A DNA stretch of 64,000 nt, from the IMG/VR virus record IMGVR_UViG_3300021142_000007, positions 71,400 through 135,399 of that record, one strand, 5' to 3'. The notes under the pieces were generated by a model. The model saw nothing but the letters and a program-made list of their open reading frames with translations, ran no database searches and was not told where the DNA came from. Of the stretch, positions 53,029 to 60,501 are shown in pieces. A program made the position numbers and the translations under genes. Source of the DNA: a virus. Position 1 is the first letter of the stretch. The number at the start of each line of letters is the position of its first letter.

Positions 53029-53269
53029 ATAATACAAAGCTAAGCATTTATTTGGATAAATCCAAGTATTTTTGTAATAAATTATAAATTGCATCATAAG
53101 ATAATTCATTCATGCTACCAAATACCATTTGATAACCTCCAAATCCGTTTGGAAAAAGAGTAATACAAACACGATAACCACGGTTATTTGAGTACTGCAC
53201 CCAAATTCGTCTGTATTGAGGAAATGCTTGTTCAAGTTGTAATCCGTACATAATACTATAAATTTAATG

Positions 53270-53343
53270 TGACCCCAGCGAGGTTCGAACTCGCAACCTT
53301 CGCCTTAAGAGGGCGTAGCTACTTCCACATGAGCTTTGGAGTC
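53270..53343 (-). tRNA. tRNA-Lys(CUU)
   Basis: Cloverleaf, loop CUCUUAA; A at position 8. Confidence 0.85.
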
Positions 53344-54121
53344 AAAGTGATTTATTCCTTTTTACATAAGGAATGTTAAAAGAATCTAAGTGTTTATACA
53401 TTATTTTATAATTACCACCCTTTGCTGCTATATTTAAGTCTAATAATGCTTTTCTAATGTTCCCATTATTTCTTTTATACGCTTCAATATAATCTTGTGA
53501 TGTTAATTTAACAGTTTTATTTTTATCTGATATATTTCTACCTCGCCAAGTTTTTGTTAGTGAATGACAATTTGGACAGAGTGCGATTAAGTTATCTCTT
53601 TGATTATTTTTATTATTTCCGTCTTTATGCTCCAATTCAAGAACCAAATCACATTCCAACCATTTATCCAAACCACAATTAAAACATTTTTTATCTTGTT
53701 CCAAGATAACTCTCATTCTTAAATTATCAAATTTTAATGTGTTAAATTCGGCGTTTAAAATTTTATCTTCTTTAATTTTTTCTAGAAATTTATCACCTGT
53801 TACACCTTTAAATTTTGCTTGATAATACTCTTTCTCAAGTCTTTTATTTTTTTCTTTCTCAGTTTCAACCCTTTCTTTTGTTCTATAAGTGTTAGAACAA
53901 TATATCGAACAAAATTGATGATTTCTTGTTTTTATTTCTTTACCACATTTAAGACAAGTTATTACCTTAACCCTATAGATATTTTTACTTATATTTTTTA
54001 TTTTAGTTTTTTTACAATTATTACAATGGTACGATATTGTGGATTTTGAACATCCTAATATTTCTTTTATTTGATTATAGGTTTTACCTTCACTTCTTAA
54101 TTTTAATATTTCTTCTTTCAT
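53342..54121 (-). CDS. HTH-HNH homing endonuclease
   Basis: LELEHKDGN..NN..DNLIALCPNCH; N-terminal HTH. Confidence 0.85.
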   Translation of the reverse strand: MKEEILKLRSEGKTYNQIKEILGCSKSTISYHCNNCKKTKIKNISKNIYRVKVITCLKCGKEIKTRNHQFCSIYCSNTYRTKERVETEKEKNKRLEKEYYQAKFKGVTGDKFLEKIKEDKILNAEFNTLKFDNLRMRVILEQDKKCFNCGLDKWLECDLVLELEHKDGNNKNNQRDNLIALCPNCHSLTKTWRGRNISDKNKTVKLTSQDYIEAYKRNNGNIRKALLDLNIAAKGGNYKIMYKHLDSFNIPYVKRNKSL

Positions 54122-54185
54122 ATTAATAAATATATGTAAACTTAAGAAAATCGAACCAATACTTAAAAAAAATTTTTTTAACCTG

Positions 54186-54257
54186 TCTTCCCGCCGAGAG
54201 TCGAACTCGGCCCCATATGTTAAAAGCATATTGCATACACCAGTTTGCTACGAGAAG
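54186..54257 (-). tRNA. tRNA-Lys(UUU), atypical
   Basis: CUUCUCG/CGGGAAG acceptor, AUAUG-CUUUUAA-CAUAU. Confidence 0.8.
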
Positions 54258-54260
54258 GAT

Positions 54261-54336
54261 TGGTGCATCCAGTGGGCCTCGAACCCACAGCCTTCTCCTT
54301 AAAAGGGAGTAGCCCGTCCACTTGAGCTTTGGATGC
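54261..54336 (-). tRNA. tRNA-Lys(UUU)
   Basis: GCAUCCA/UGGAUGC-ACCA, loop CUUUUAA; A at position 8. Confidence 0.88.
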
Positions 54337-54395
54337 TTATTTAAGGACAATATCTTGTCCATTAGACATCCGTAGCTGTTGACCACAGATGCCTT

Positions 54396-54440
54396 TTAAC
54401 GTTTGGATTTTCGTTTAGAAGTTAAGGCAGTCTTTTTCAT
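54396..54440 (-). promoter_or_regulatory. Candidate Lys-rich leader ORF (MKKTALTSKRKSKR)
   Basis: 14-codon ORF with 5 Lys codons directly upstream of three tRNA-Lys genes, followed by hairpins. Confidence 0.45.
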
Positions 54441-54476
54441 AATGCGTTTTTTTATTTATGTTAAAAATAATTTTTG

Positions 54477-54563
54477 TGAGGTGAAAAGGAATCGAACCTA
54501 ATTCAGCATTGGTTTGCACAGGCGTTACAGTGCCCTACCGTGTCCATAACGGCCTACAACCTC
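54477..54563 (-). tRNA. Degenerate tRNA-Tyr(GUA)
   Basis: CUGUAA loop (8 nt), long variable arm, mismatched acceptor and T stems. Confidence 0.6.
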
Positions 54564-54659
54564 ATTTGTGCCTCTCTCTGCACCCGTCATACCATGTTGT
54601 ATTCTGTTAACCCCAAATGGGTCCTAACGGTAACACGAGTATCAAAAACCAGTATATTT

Positions 54660-54992
54660 TTATTTGAATAATTTACCTTTATAAAAGCTTTCAATAAAAG
54701 AATCGATATCTGTATCATCAATTAAATCTGGTGATAAAAATTTATTAACTTTGTTATTATAATCCATGTATCCAGATTTAGTGTTAGACACTAAAATATT
54801 AACACTACTTTCAGATATCACCTCTTCAAATACATGAATCCAATTTTCTAAATCCTCTCCTTCGTCTTCAAACTTTTTAACGGTAGTTTTCAACTTTTTA
54901 ATGAAGGTTTCGTTACCTTTTTTAGGTATGTAAAAATTCCATTCTTCACCTTCGTGACCGTTTCGTTCTTCTATCCAATAATATTTACTCAT
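54660..54992 (-). CDS. Hypothetical protein in tRNA array
   Basis: 110-aa ORF. Confidence 0.55.
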   Translation of the reverse strand: MSKYYWIEERNGHEGEEWNFYIPKKGNETFIKKLKTTVKKFEDEGEDLENWIHVFEEVISESSVNILVSNTKSGYMDYNNKVNKFLSPDLIDDTDIDSFIESFYKGKLFK

Positions 54993-55004
54993 ATTAATTT
55001 TTTT

Positions 55005-55045
55005 TGGAGTCGATAAGGTGAATCGAACACCCGTCCGAGCCTTGG
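55005..55045 (-). pseudogene. Stranded 3' half of tRNA-Gly
   Basis: CCAA-GGCUC-GGAC-GGGUG-UUCGAUU-CACCU-UAUCGAC-UCCA. Confidence 0.8.
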
Positions 55046-55046
55046 A

Positions 55047-55613
55047 TTAAAGCTCTATTAACCCAGCATGTATTTCTCTATGACAATTAGCACACACCAT
55101 AATACATTTATCAACTTCTTCTTTTAAAACATCCCAAGTTCTATTCATATAAGTCAATTCAAATTTTTTTTCCAATTGATTAATATGATGAAAATCTAAT
55201 GCTTGTATACATTTACTATAACCACAAATTTTACAAGCACCACCTTTATATTCAACTAATTTCTTTTTATTTAATCTTCTATGATTTAAACTAGCATCAA
55301 TATTTTTTTGTTTACGTTCATGTTCTGTTAATACTTTTTTGGGTGAAATATCTAAGTATTTTAAAACAGTAAATTTAGACCATCCAAATTTTTCAGCTGT
55401 TTTAGTTGAAGATTTTGTATCATTATAAAATTGTTGCATTAATTTAATTTCTTCTTCATTAGGCGACCTAAATTCGTTAAAATTTTCTAAACCAGCATTT
55501 TTACAATGATATGAAATTGTTCCTTTGGAACAATTTAATTCACTTATTATTTCACTATATGTCTTTCCACTTTTTCTTAATGAAATAATTTTTTCTTTTA
55601 AACTATCTTCCAT
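55047..55613 (-). CDS. HTH-HNH homing endonuclease
   Basis: GGACKICGY.KC..ALDFHH...KCIMVCANCHREIH. Confidence 0.88.
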   Translation of the reverse strand: MEDSLKEKIISLRKSGKTYSEIISELNCSKGTISYHCKNAGLENFNEFRSPNEEEIKLMQQFYNDTKSSTKTAEKFGWSKFTVLKYLDISPKKVLTEHERKQKNIDASLNHRRLNKKKLVEYKGGACKICGYSKCIQALDFHHINQLEKKFELTYMNRTWDVLKEEVDKCIMVCANCHREIHAGLIEL

Positions 55614-55661
55614 ACAATATTATTTATAATAATAAATATGTAGAAAGTTCAAAAAAGATTG

Positions 55662-55733
55662 AGCATCATACAGAAATCGAATCTGCGTCCCCACATTGGC
55701 AATGTGGTATAATAGCCACTATACGATATCGAC
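55662..55733 (-). tRNA. Chimeric tRNA-Gly(GCC) with unpaired acceptor stem
   Basis: Perfect anticodon arm CCACA-UUGCCAA-UGUGG, but 5' GUCGAUA does not pair with local AUGAUGC. Confidence 0.75.
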
Positions 55734-55796
55734 ATGAATACCGAGAAGCAATGCATTGCTTGTGGAAGTCTCGGTCCCAAACTTTAACCCACATTG

Positions 55797-55879
55797 TGCA
55801 GATAGAAGGAATCGAACCCTCTCCCTCTGGGTGGAAGCCAGATATACAAGTGCTTTCGCTACCGTTATACGATACCTGC
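55797..55879 (-). tRNA. tRNA-Gly(UCC) with expanded D loop
   Basis: GCAGGUA/UAUCUGC, UCUGG-CUUCCAC-CCAGA; GC-GAAA-GC insert in D loop. Confidence 0.8.
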
Positions 55880-55886
55880 AAATATT

Positions 55887-56507
55887 TTATTTTCGTCCTT
55901 TAATCCATCCATCGCTGATATATGAATCAAGGTCTTCTTTCTTAATCTTTTTATTCTCACCGTTTCTCGTTATCCAACAAGTTCCATACTGAGAGTTTGT
56001 TTGACCAACACCTATTCCTTTAGATGATTTACTCATTAATTTTTTCGTTTCATTTGAATGCTTTCTACCTTTCCAATTACATATGTTGTTTTCTAAATTA
56101 TTACCATTTTTCTCAAAATTTTTAATCCCACCTTTAGAACGCCAAATATTTAATTTATCATAATATTTTTCATCAGTGATTTTACGACCTTTTTTAACAC
56201 CTTCTATTGATATGTATCCACCTTCACCACCAATTACAAGATTCATACACAAATCTTCTCTAAGAAGTTCTTCATTTACAATTTCCTTCTCTCTCTTTTT
56301 TAATTCTTCCCTACTTGAACAAAATTCCAGTATCTCTTTCTCATGATTTTCTTTCCCATGATAATTGATAGAAAACCAAAGTCGTTTTCCGCTCCCAAAA
56401 TAACCATCATCCAGATTATCGGTTGAGTGCATTCCGATATAATATCTTTGTGTTACTTTACAAGTAATTTTATAGATATAATGATGTTTCCTTTCTTTCC
56501 TTGCCAT
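55887..56507 (-). CDS. GIY-YIG homing endonuclease with NUMOD3-like tail
   Basis: YIYKIT...YYIGMH...YFGSG; KGRKHSNETKKLMS. Confidence 0.88.
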   Translation of the reverse strand: MARKERKHHYIYKITCKVTQRYYIGMHSTDNLDDGYFGSGKRLWFSINYHGKENHEKEILEFCSSREELKKREKEIVNEELLREDLCMNLVIGGEGGYISIEGVKKGRKITDEKYYDKLNIWRSKGGIKNFEKNGNNLENNICNWKGRKHSNETKKLMSKSSKGIGVGQTNSQYGTCWITRNGENKKIKKEDLDSYISDGWIKGRK

Positions 56508-56553
56508 ATATTCATTTCTATATAAATATACGATAAGTACAAAAAGGTCAAGG

Positions 56554-56626
56554 AGCGAGAGATGGGAATCGAACCCACATTATTCCTACTTGGAAGGAAG
56601 GTGCCATGCCACTAGGCGACTCTCGC
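56554..56626 (-). tRNA. tRNA-Gly(UCC)
   Basis: GCGAGAG/CUCUCGC-U, loop CUUCCAA. Confidence 0.88.
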
Positions 56627-56629
56627 ATT

Positions 56630-56698
56630 ATCAATTTCTTAGTCATCATTTCTGATGTGCAGCTATCACTACGTGCAAGTGAATTGATTTAGATAGCT
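56630..56698 (-). ncRNA. HDV-like (theta-type) self-cleaving ribozyme
   Basis: P1 AGCUAUC/GAUAGCU, P2 AUCAAUUC/GAA(A)UUGAU, P3 ACU/AGU, L3 UGCACGU, P1.1 GC/GC, P4 CAUCA-GAAA-UGAUG, J4/2 ACUAA; starts right after the tRNA-Thr discriminator. Confidence 0.82.
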
Positions 56699-56778
56699 AG
56701 CCAGTGGAGAGACTCGAACTCCCGATGTTTGTGTGGCACTTTACAAAAGTGCTGTTGTCGCCGCTGAACCACACTGGC
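56699..56778 (-). tRNA. tRNA-Thr(UGU)
   Basis: GCCAGUG/CACUGGC, GCACU-UUUGUAA-AGUGC; 12-nt variable region. Confidence 0.85.
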
Positions 56779-56837
56779 ATTTTGATTTTTACGCTACTAC
56801 TAGTGCTAGTCTATAAAATCATAACAGTCTTGTCCTG

Positions 56838-56923
56838 TGAGAGTGGTAAGATTCGAACCTACTAAGCCTGTTAAGGCAACTGGGTTACAGCCAGCCCCAA
56901 CACTCCAACGTTGGCGCACTCCC
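56838..56923 (-). tRNA. tRNA-Tyr(GUA)
   Basis: GCUGG-CUGUAAC-CCAGU, long variable arm. Confidence 0.85.
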
Positions 56924-56979
56924 AAGATTATTTTCTATGATTCCGTGTACGGTCTATGAAAATATAACAGTCTAAAGCG

Positions 56980-57059
56980 TGGGATTATAAGGACTCGAAC
57001 CTTAGAACCCGAAGGAGCTGATTTACAGTCAGCTGCAATTGCCGCTATGCGATAATCCC
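56980..57059 (-). tRNA. tRNA-Tyr(GUA)
   Basis: GGGAUUA/UAAUCCC, GCUGA-CUGUAAA-UCAGC. Confidence 0.9.
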
Positions 57060-57127
57060 AAAAACAGAATGGCATGTTTGTTTCAAGTAAAAGTTTGATT
57101 TGTTAATTTGCTGTATCCATTCTTTAG

Positions 57128-57198
57128 TTGAGTCTGGTAGATTTGAACTACCATTTTCAGGGTCAAAACCTGACGAACTGCCATTATTCGAAGACTCA
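57128..57198 (-). tRNA. tRNA-Gln(UUG)
   Basis: UGAGUCU/AGACUCA, UCAGG-UUUUGAC-CCUGA. Confidence 0.88.
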
Positions 57199-57262
57199 AA
57201 ATCATTTTAACTATGGGACAATATATGTACTTCCTAAACTCGTATAGTACTAACCGAATATG

Positions 57263-57336
57263 TCGAGTGGGTCAGAATCGAACTGACTAACTGACGGCTC
57301 CAGACCGCCTGTGCTTAAAACCTTAGTCACCACTCG
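57263..57336 (-). tRNA. tRNA-Pro(UGG), atypical
   Basis: CGAGUGG/CCACUCG, loop UCUGGAG (C33), weak D arm. Confidence 0.65.
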
Positions 57337-57343
57337 TTAAAAG

Positions 57344-57416
57344 TAGGGCAAATGAGACTCGAACTCATAACCTCTCGGACCCAAACCGAGAAATCTGCCA
57401 ATTGATATACTGCCCT
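57344..57416 (-). tRNA. tRNA-Pro(UGG)
   Basis: AGGGCAG/UUGCCCU, CUCGG-UUUGGGU-CCGAG. Confidence 0.88.
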
Positions 57417-57473
57417 ATGAAAATCCAACATGTCAAAGTACACTTTGGTCAATTTTTTATTTGGTGACCTACC

Positions 57474-57515
57474 AAAAACTAAAAACCCTAGTCTGTTTTT
57501 ATTCGGACTAGGGTT
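57474..57515 (-). terminator. Intrinsic terminator (candidate attenuator) upstream of the tRNA array
   Basis: 10-bp stem AACCCUAGUC/GACUAGGGUU followed by UUUAGUUUUU. Confidence 0.85.
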
Positions 57516-57543
57516 ATCATATCTTGTTTTTCTTTTGTCTGGG

Positions 57544-57651
57544 TTAAACCCATTCACCTTCGAAAGCGACACACATAACCTGTCCTCTTGGCCCTTGTTT
57601 ACCTTGGCCTTGCGGTTTTCCTGTATACTGATATGTGGTCGTCTTTTTCAT
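57544..57651 (-). promoter_or_regulatory. Leader peptide ORF (35 aa) of the tRNA operon
   Basis: MKKTTTYQYTGKPQGQGKQGPRGQVMCVAFEGEWV between the promoter (57716-23) and the terminator. Confidence 0.75.
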
Positions 57652-57915
57652 TTCTTTTTTGTCTTGTGGGTTGCCCCGTTTTTAATTAAATATCTCTTTG
57701 TTTATAAATGTACTGCAAAGGTACTAAACTTTTTTTATTTTGTCAAGCTTTTTGCAGTATTTTTTTAAAATAATAATCGTGTTGCCTTGTTATACACTAC
57801 TCTCTGATGTTTAGCACTTGGCTTTCTGGAAGTTGGAATTGAACCAAAACTATCATTATTTCAATACAAAGGTACGGGTTTTTTTTGATACTTGCAAGCT
57901 TTTCCTAAAAAATAT

Positions 57916-58272
57916 TTAGGGTTCGTCTTCCGAAGATTCATCTTCTATAACTTCTTCTACCTTCTCACTTACTTCATCAATGGTTTCGCTTACCTCGTCC
58001 ATTGTCTCTTGAAGACTAGACAATCCGCTGGAAAGCACTTGTCTGGTTTCTTCGTTTTCTATTGCTTGACGGTTTACACTCATTTGAATGAAGATGCTAA
58101 GGTATATGGCTTCAAGCGACACTATGGTTGTAAGAACCAATAGAACATCACTGCTTGAAAAACCAAAGAGTATAAGTGAACACATGAACACAAAGAAAAC
58201 ACTATGTAAGAATAATGATGATGGGGTTCCTACCCAGAATATCATTTTATCGATTAGTGTTTTCTTTTTCAT
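57916..58272 (-). CDS. DUF1003-like membrane protein
   Basis: WVGT...LTTIVSLEAIYLSIFIQMSVNR. Confidence 0.75.
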   Translation of the reverse strand: MKKKTLIDKMIFWVGTPSSLFLHSVFFVFMCSLILFGFSSSDVLLVLTTIVSLEAIYLSIFIQMSVNRQAIENEETRQVLSSGLSSLQETMDEVSETIDEVSEKVEEVIEDESSEDEP

Positions 58273-58278
58273 GTCTTG

Positions 58279-58734
58279 TTACTCCTTTTTTCTTGTTCTT
58301 TTCTTAGGTTTTTCAACTGCTGGATTCATCTTATCTCTTAGTTCAGCAGCCTTTTCATAGTCTTCTTTTTCTAGGGCCTCTTGAAGTTGCTCTTCAAGCG
58401 TTTTCTCCACGAGCTTGGGTTCTTCAACCCTACCACCAAGCCTCTTAGGGTCATCCGTTACGATTACCTTAACGATATCTCCTTGTGGCGTGTGCCATAT
58501 CCTTTTTTCGAAATACAGAACACCATCAAATCCAGATTCTATTTCATCTGGGTCACCGAGGTTAGTATCCAGCGTCCTTTCCATACCTTCCAATGGTATA
58601 GCAGATTCAAGACCCATCATCATCTCAATCATCTTCCTAGCTTCATCTCTAAGCCTAGAGGTATCGCTATTCTTTTTGGGTTTGTTTCTGTTATTTAAAA
58701 AGTCATTAAACAAATCGTTAAAACCTTTATCCAT
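58279..58734 (-). CDS. UVR (UvrB/C) domain protein
   Basis: LQEALEKEDYEKAAELRD. Confidence 0.75.
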   Translation of the reverse strand: MDKGFNDLFNDFLNNRNKPKKNSDTSRLRDEARKMIEMMMGLESAIPLEGMERTLDTNLGDPDEIESGFDGVLYFEKRIWHTPQGDIVKVIVTDDPKRLGGRVEEPKLVEKTLEEQLQEALEKEDYEKAAELRDKMNPAVEKPKKRTRKKE

Positions 58735-58815
58735 AGTTGTTTTTTTATTTTGTTATATTCTGATATAAATATATCTCGAACAACAAATATACGAATTCTA
58801 AAGCTTAATGTCAAG

Positions 58816-59640
58816 TTATGATTTCAATAAAAGCTCCTTTATTTCATTGAATACAATCCTGTGGTTATCCTTGTATTCGGTCCAAGCCAATCCCATAGCC
58901 TTCAAGTCATAATGCTTTACTATCGTGCTGTATTCTGTTGTGCCTTCTGGAAAGCCAATGATATAAATAACATCAGCCAATTCGATTGCCAGCTTTATAT
59001 CATGGGTGGAAAATATAATCGTATTATACTCGTTATCATCCTTGATTCTTTCGAACGCTTGCTTAACCCTTTCTATATTTCCAACATCCAATCCAGAGAA
59101 TGGTTCGTCAAGAATCATGAAGTGTTTTGATGAAAGGATTTGCTCTATGATGGCTGTGCGTTGACGTTGGCCACCAGATAATTCGCATGAATACTTCTTA
59201 CGGTGTTCAGATAAGCCCCATTCGTCCAGATACTTGGTAATAAGGGCTTCTTTTTCTTCCTTTTTCATAGCAGACTTACGCATAGCGTAGTGCATTATAT
59301 CTTCCACCGTCTTATGGCGAAAAAGCGTATATTTCTGGTCAACAAAACCCATATCGCCTTCTTCGATTATCTTAGCGTCATTGACATCTGATGTTCTCAT
59401 ATCCGTAATTAGTATCTGACCGCTTGTTGGTTTAATCAAGCCAGTCAGAGCCTTGAATAGGGTAGACTTACCACGACCAGAACGACCTATGATTGCAACA
59501 ACTTGTCCTGTAGATGCATGACCCTCTCTTACAACATTTTTGATGACCATATTGATGTCTTTCAAGACAGGTTTTTGACCATAACCAACACTTAATTTAT
59601 CCACGTAAAGGATTGTGTCTTTTTCTGAGTATTGTATCAT
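58816..59640 (-). CDS. ABC transporter ATPase (NitT/TauT-like)
   Basis: GRSGRGKST, LSGGQRQR, LDEPFSGLD, STHD. Confidence 0.92.
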   Translation of the reverse strand: MIQYSEKDTILYVDKLSVGYGQKPVLKDINMVIKNVVREGHASTGQVVAIIGRSGRGKSTLFKALTGLIKPTSGQILITDMRTSDVNDAKIIEEGDMGFVDQKYTLFRHKTVEDIMHYAMRKSAMKKEEKEALITKYLDEWGLSEHRKKYSCELSGGQRQRTAIIEQILSSKHFMILDEPFSGLDVGNIERVKQAFERIKDDNEYNTIIFSTHDIKLAIELADVIYIIGFPEGTTEYSTIVKHYDLKAMGLAWTEYKDNHRIVFNEIKELLLKS

Positions 59641-59641
59641 A

Positions 59642-60412
59642 TTAAAAATTTGAGTATGTAAAAATAAGCTTGCGAAGGCTTGTGATTATGAAGTCCAAAG
59701 ATAAGCCAAGCAATACGATTATTATTTGCAATGCGATTACTTTTCCGCTATCACCAAGCTTATCATTGTTTTTTATCAAGAACCCAAGACCACCAGCGGC
59801 AACCAAGATAGACTCTACCGTAACAAGCATCATCCATACGATTGCTAGGTTTTGTCTTACGAGTTCAAATACGTAGTCCAGCCTACCCTTTATAACCACT
59901 TCCCATAGTATCTCCCAACGACTACAACCAAGTGTCCTAGCGTGGTCAAATTCTTCTGGTTGAATATCCTTTATCATTTGAATCAAGCTGGTTGTAAGAA
60001 AGGTTGTCATGAATACAACCAATACCCAAACCTGCAAGACCCTAGCATCGTTTATCATGATTGCTAGATAGAACGCTATACCTGTTAATGGCAAGTATCT
60101 CAGCTTAGATATGAATGTGCCTATTGGGGAAAAGAAAGGTATCGCTGAAGAATAAGCTAGGAACAATGATATTAGTATCGATATGAAGACAGCTTTTCCG
60201 CAAAGTGCTATCGAACTTACTATGTGAACAACCAGACCCTCTTTCCATAGGTCAACAAGGCCGCTACCAACTTGTTTTGGTGTTGGGAATAAATGGGTGT
60301 CGCCAAAGCTACAGGCAACCCAAAAAGCTACTAGGATAAACAACCAAGTAGTCATTATGCTAGATGTTGTTTTGGAGGATAATTCCTCAAATGGCTTAAG
60401 TATTTTCTTCAT
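59642..60412 (-). CDS. ABC transporter permease
   Basis: PTP motif, EAA-like loop FDHARTLG, multiple TM segments. Confidence 0.88.
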   Translation of the reverse strand: MKKILKPFEELSSKTTSSIMTTWLFILVAFWVACSFGDTHLFPTPKQVGSGLVDLWKEGLVVHIVSSIALCGKAVFISILISLFLAYSSAIPFFSPIGTFISKLRYLPLTGIAFYLAIMINDARVLQVWVLVVFMTTFLTTSLIQMIKDIQPEEFDHARTLGCSRWEILWEVVIKGRLDYVFELVRQNLAIVWMMLVTVESILVAAGGLGFLIKNNDKLGDSGKVIALQIIIVLLGLSLDFIITSLRKLIFTYSNF

Positions 60413-60473
60413 TAGTATTATTTGATGACAAAGGTACAAAATGTTTTTTTAATTTCCAAGCTTTATTAAATAA

Positions 60474-60501
60474 AAAAACCCCAGCATTATGCTGAGGTTT
60501 T
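60474..60501 (-). terminator. Intrinsic terminator
   Basis: aaaaccccagca-tta-tgctgaggtttt inverted repeat with U run on minus strand. Confidence 0.7.

Noticed and set aside
54123-57768. ORF-track ORFs overlapping tRNAs (54123-54386, 55666-55881, 55756-55992, 57327-57572, 57430-57768)
   Set aside because: They overlap clear tRNA cloverleaves or the terminator and have no protein motifs
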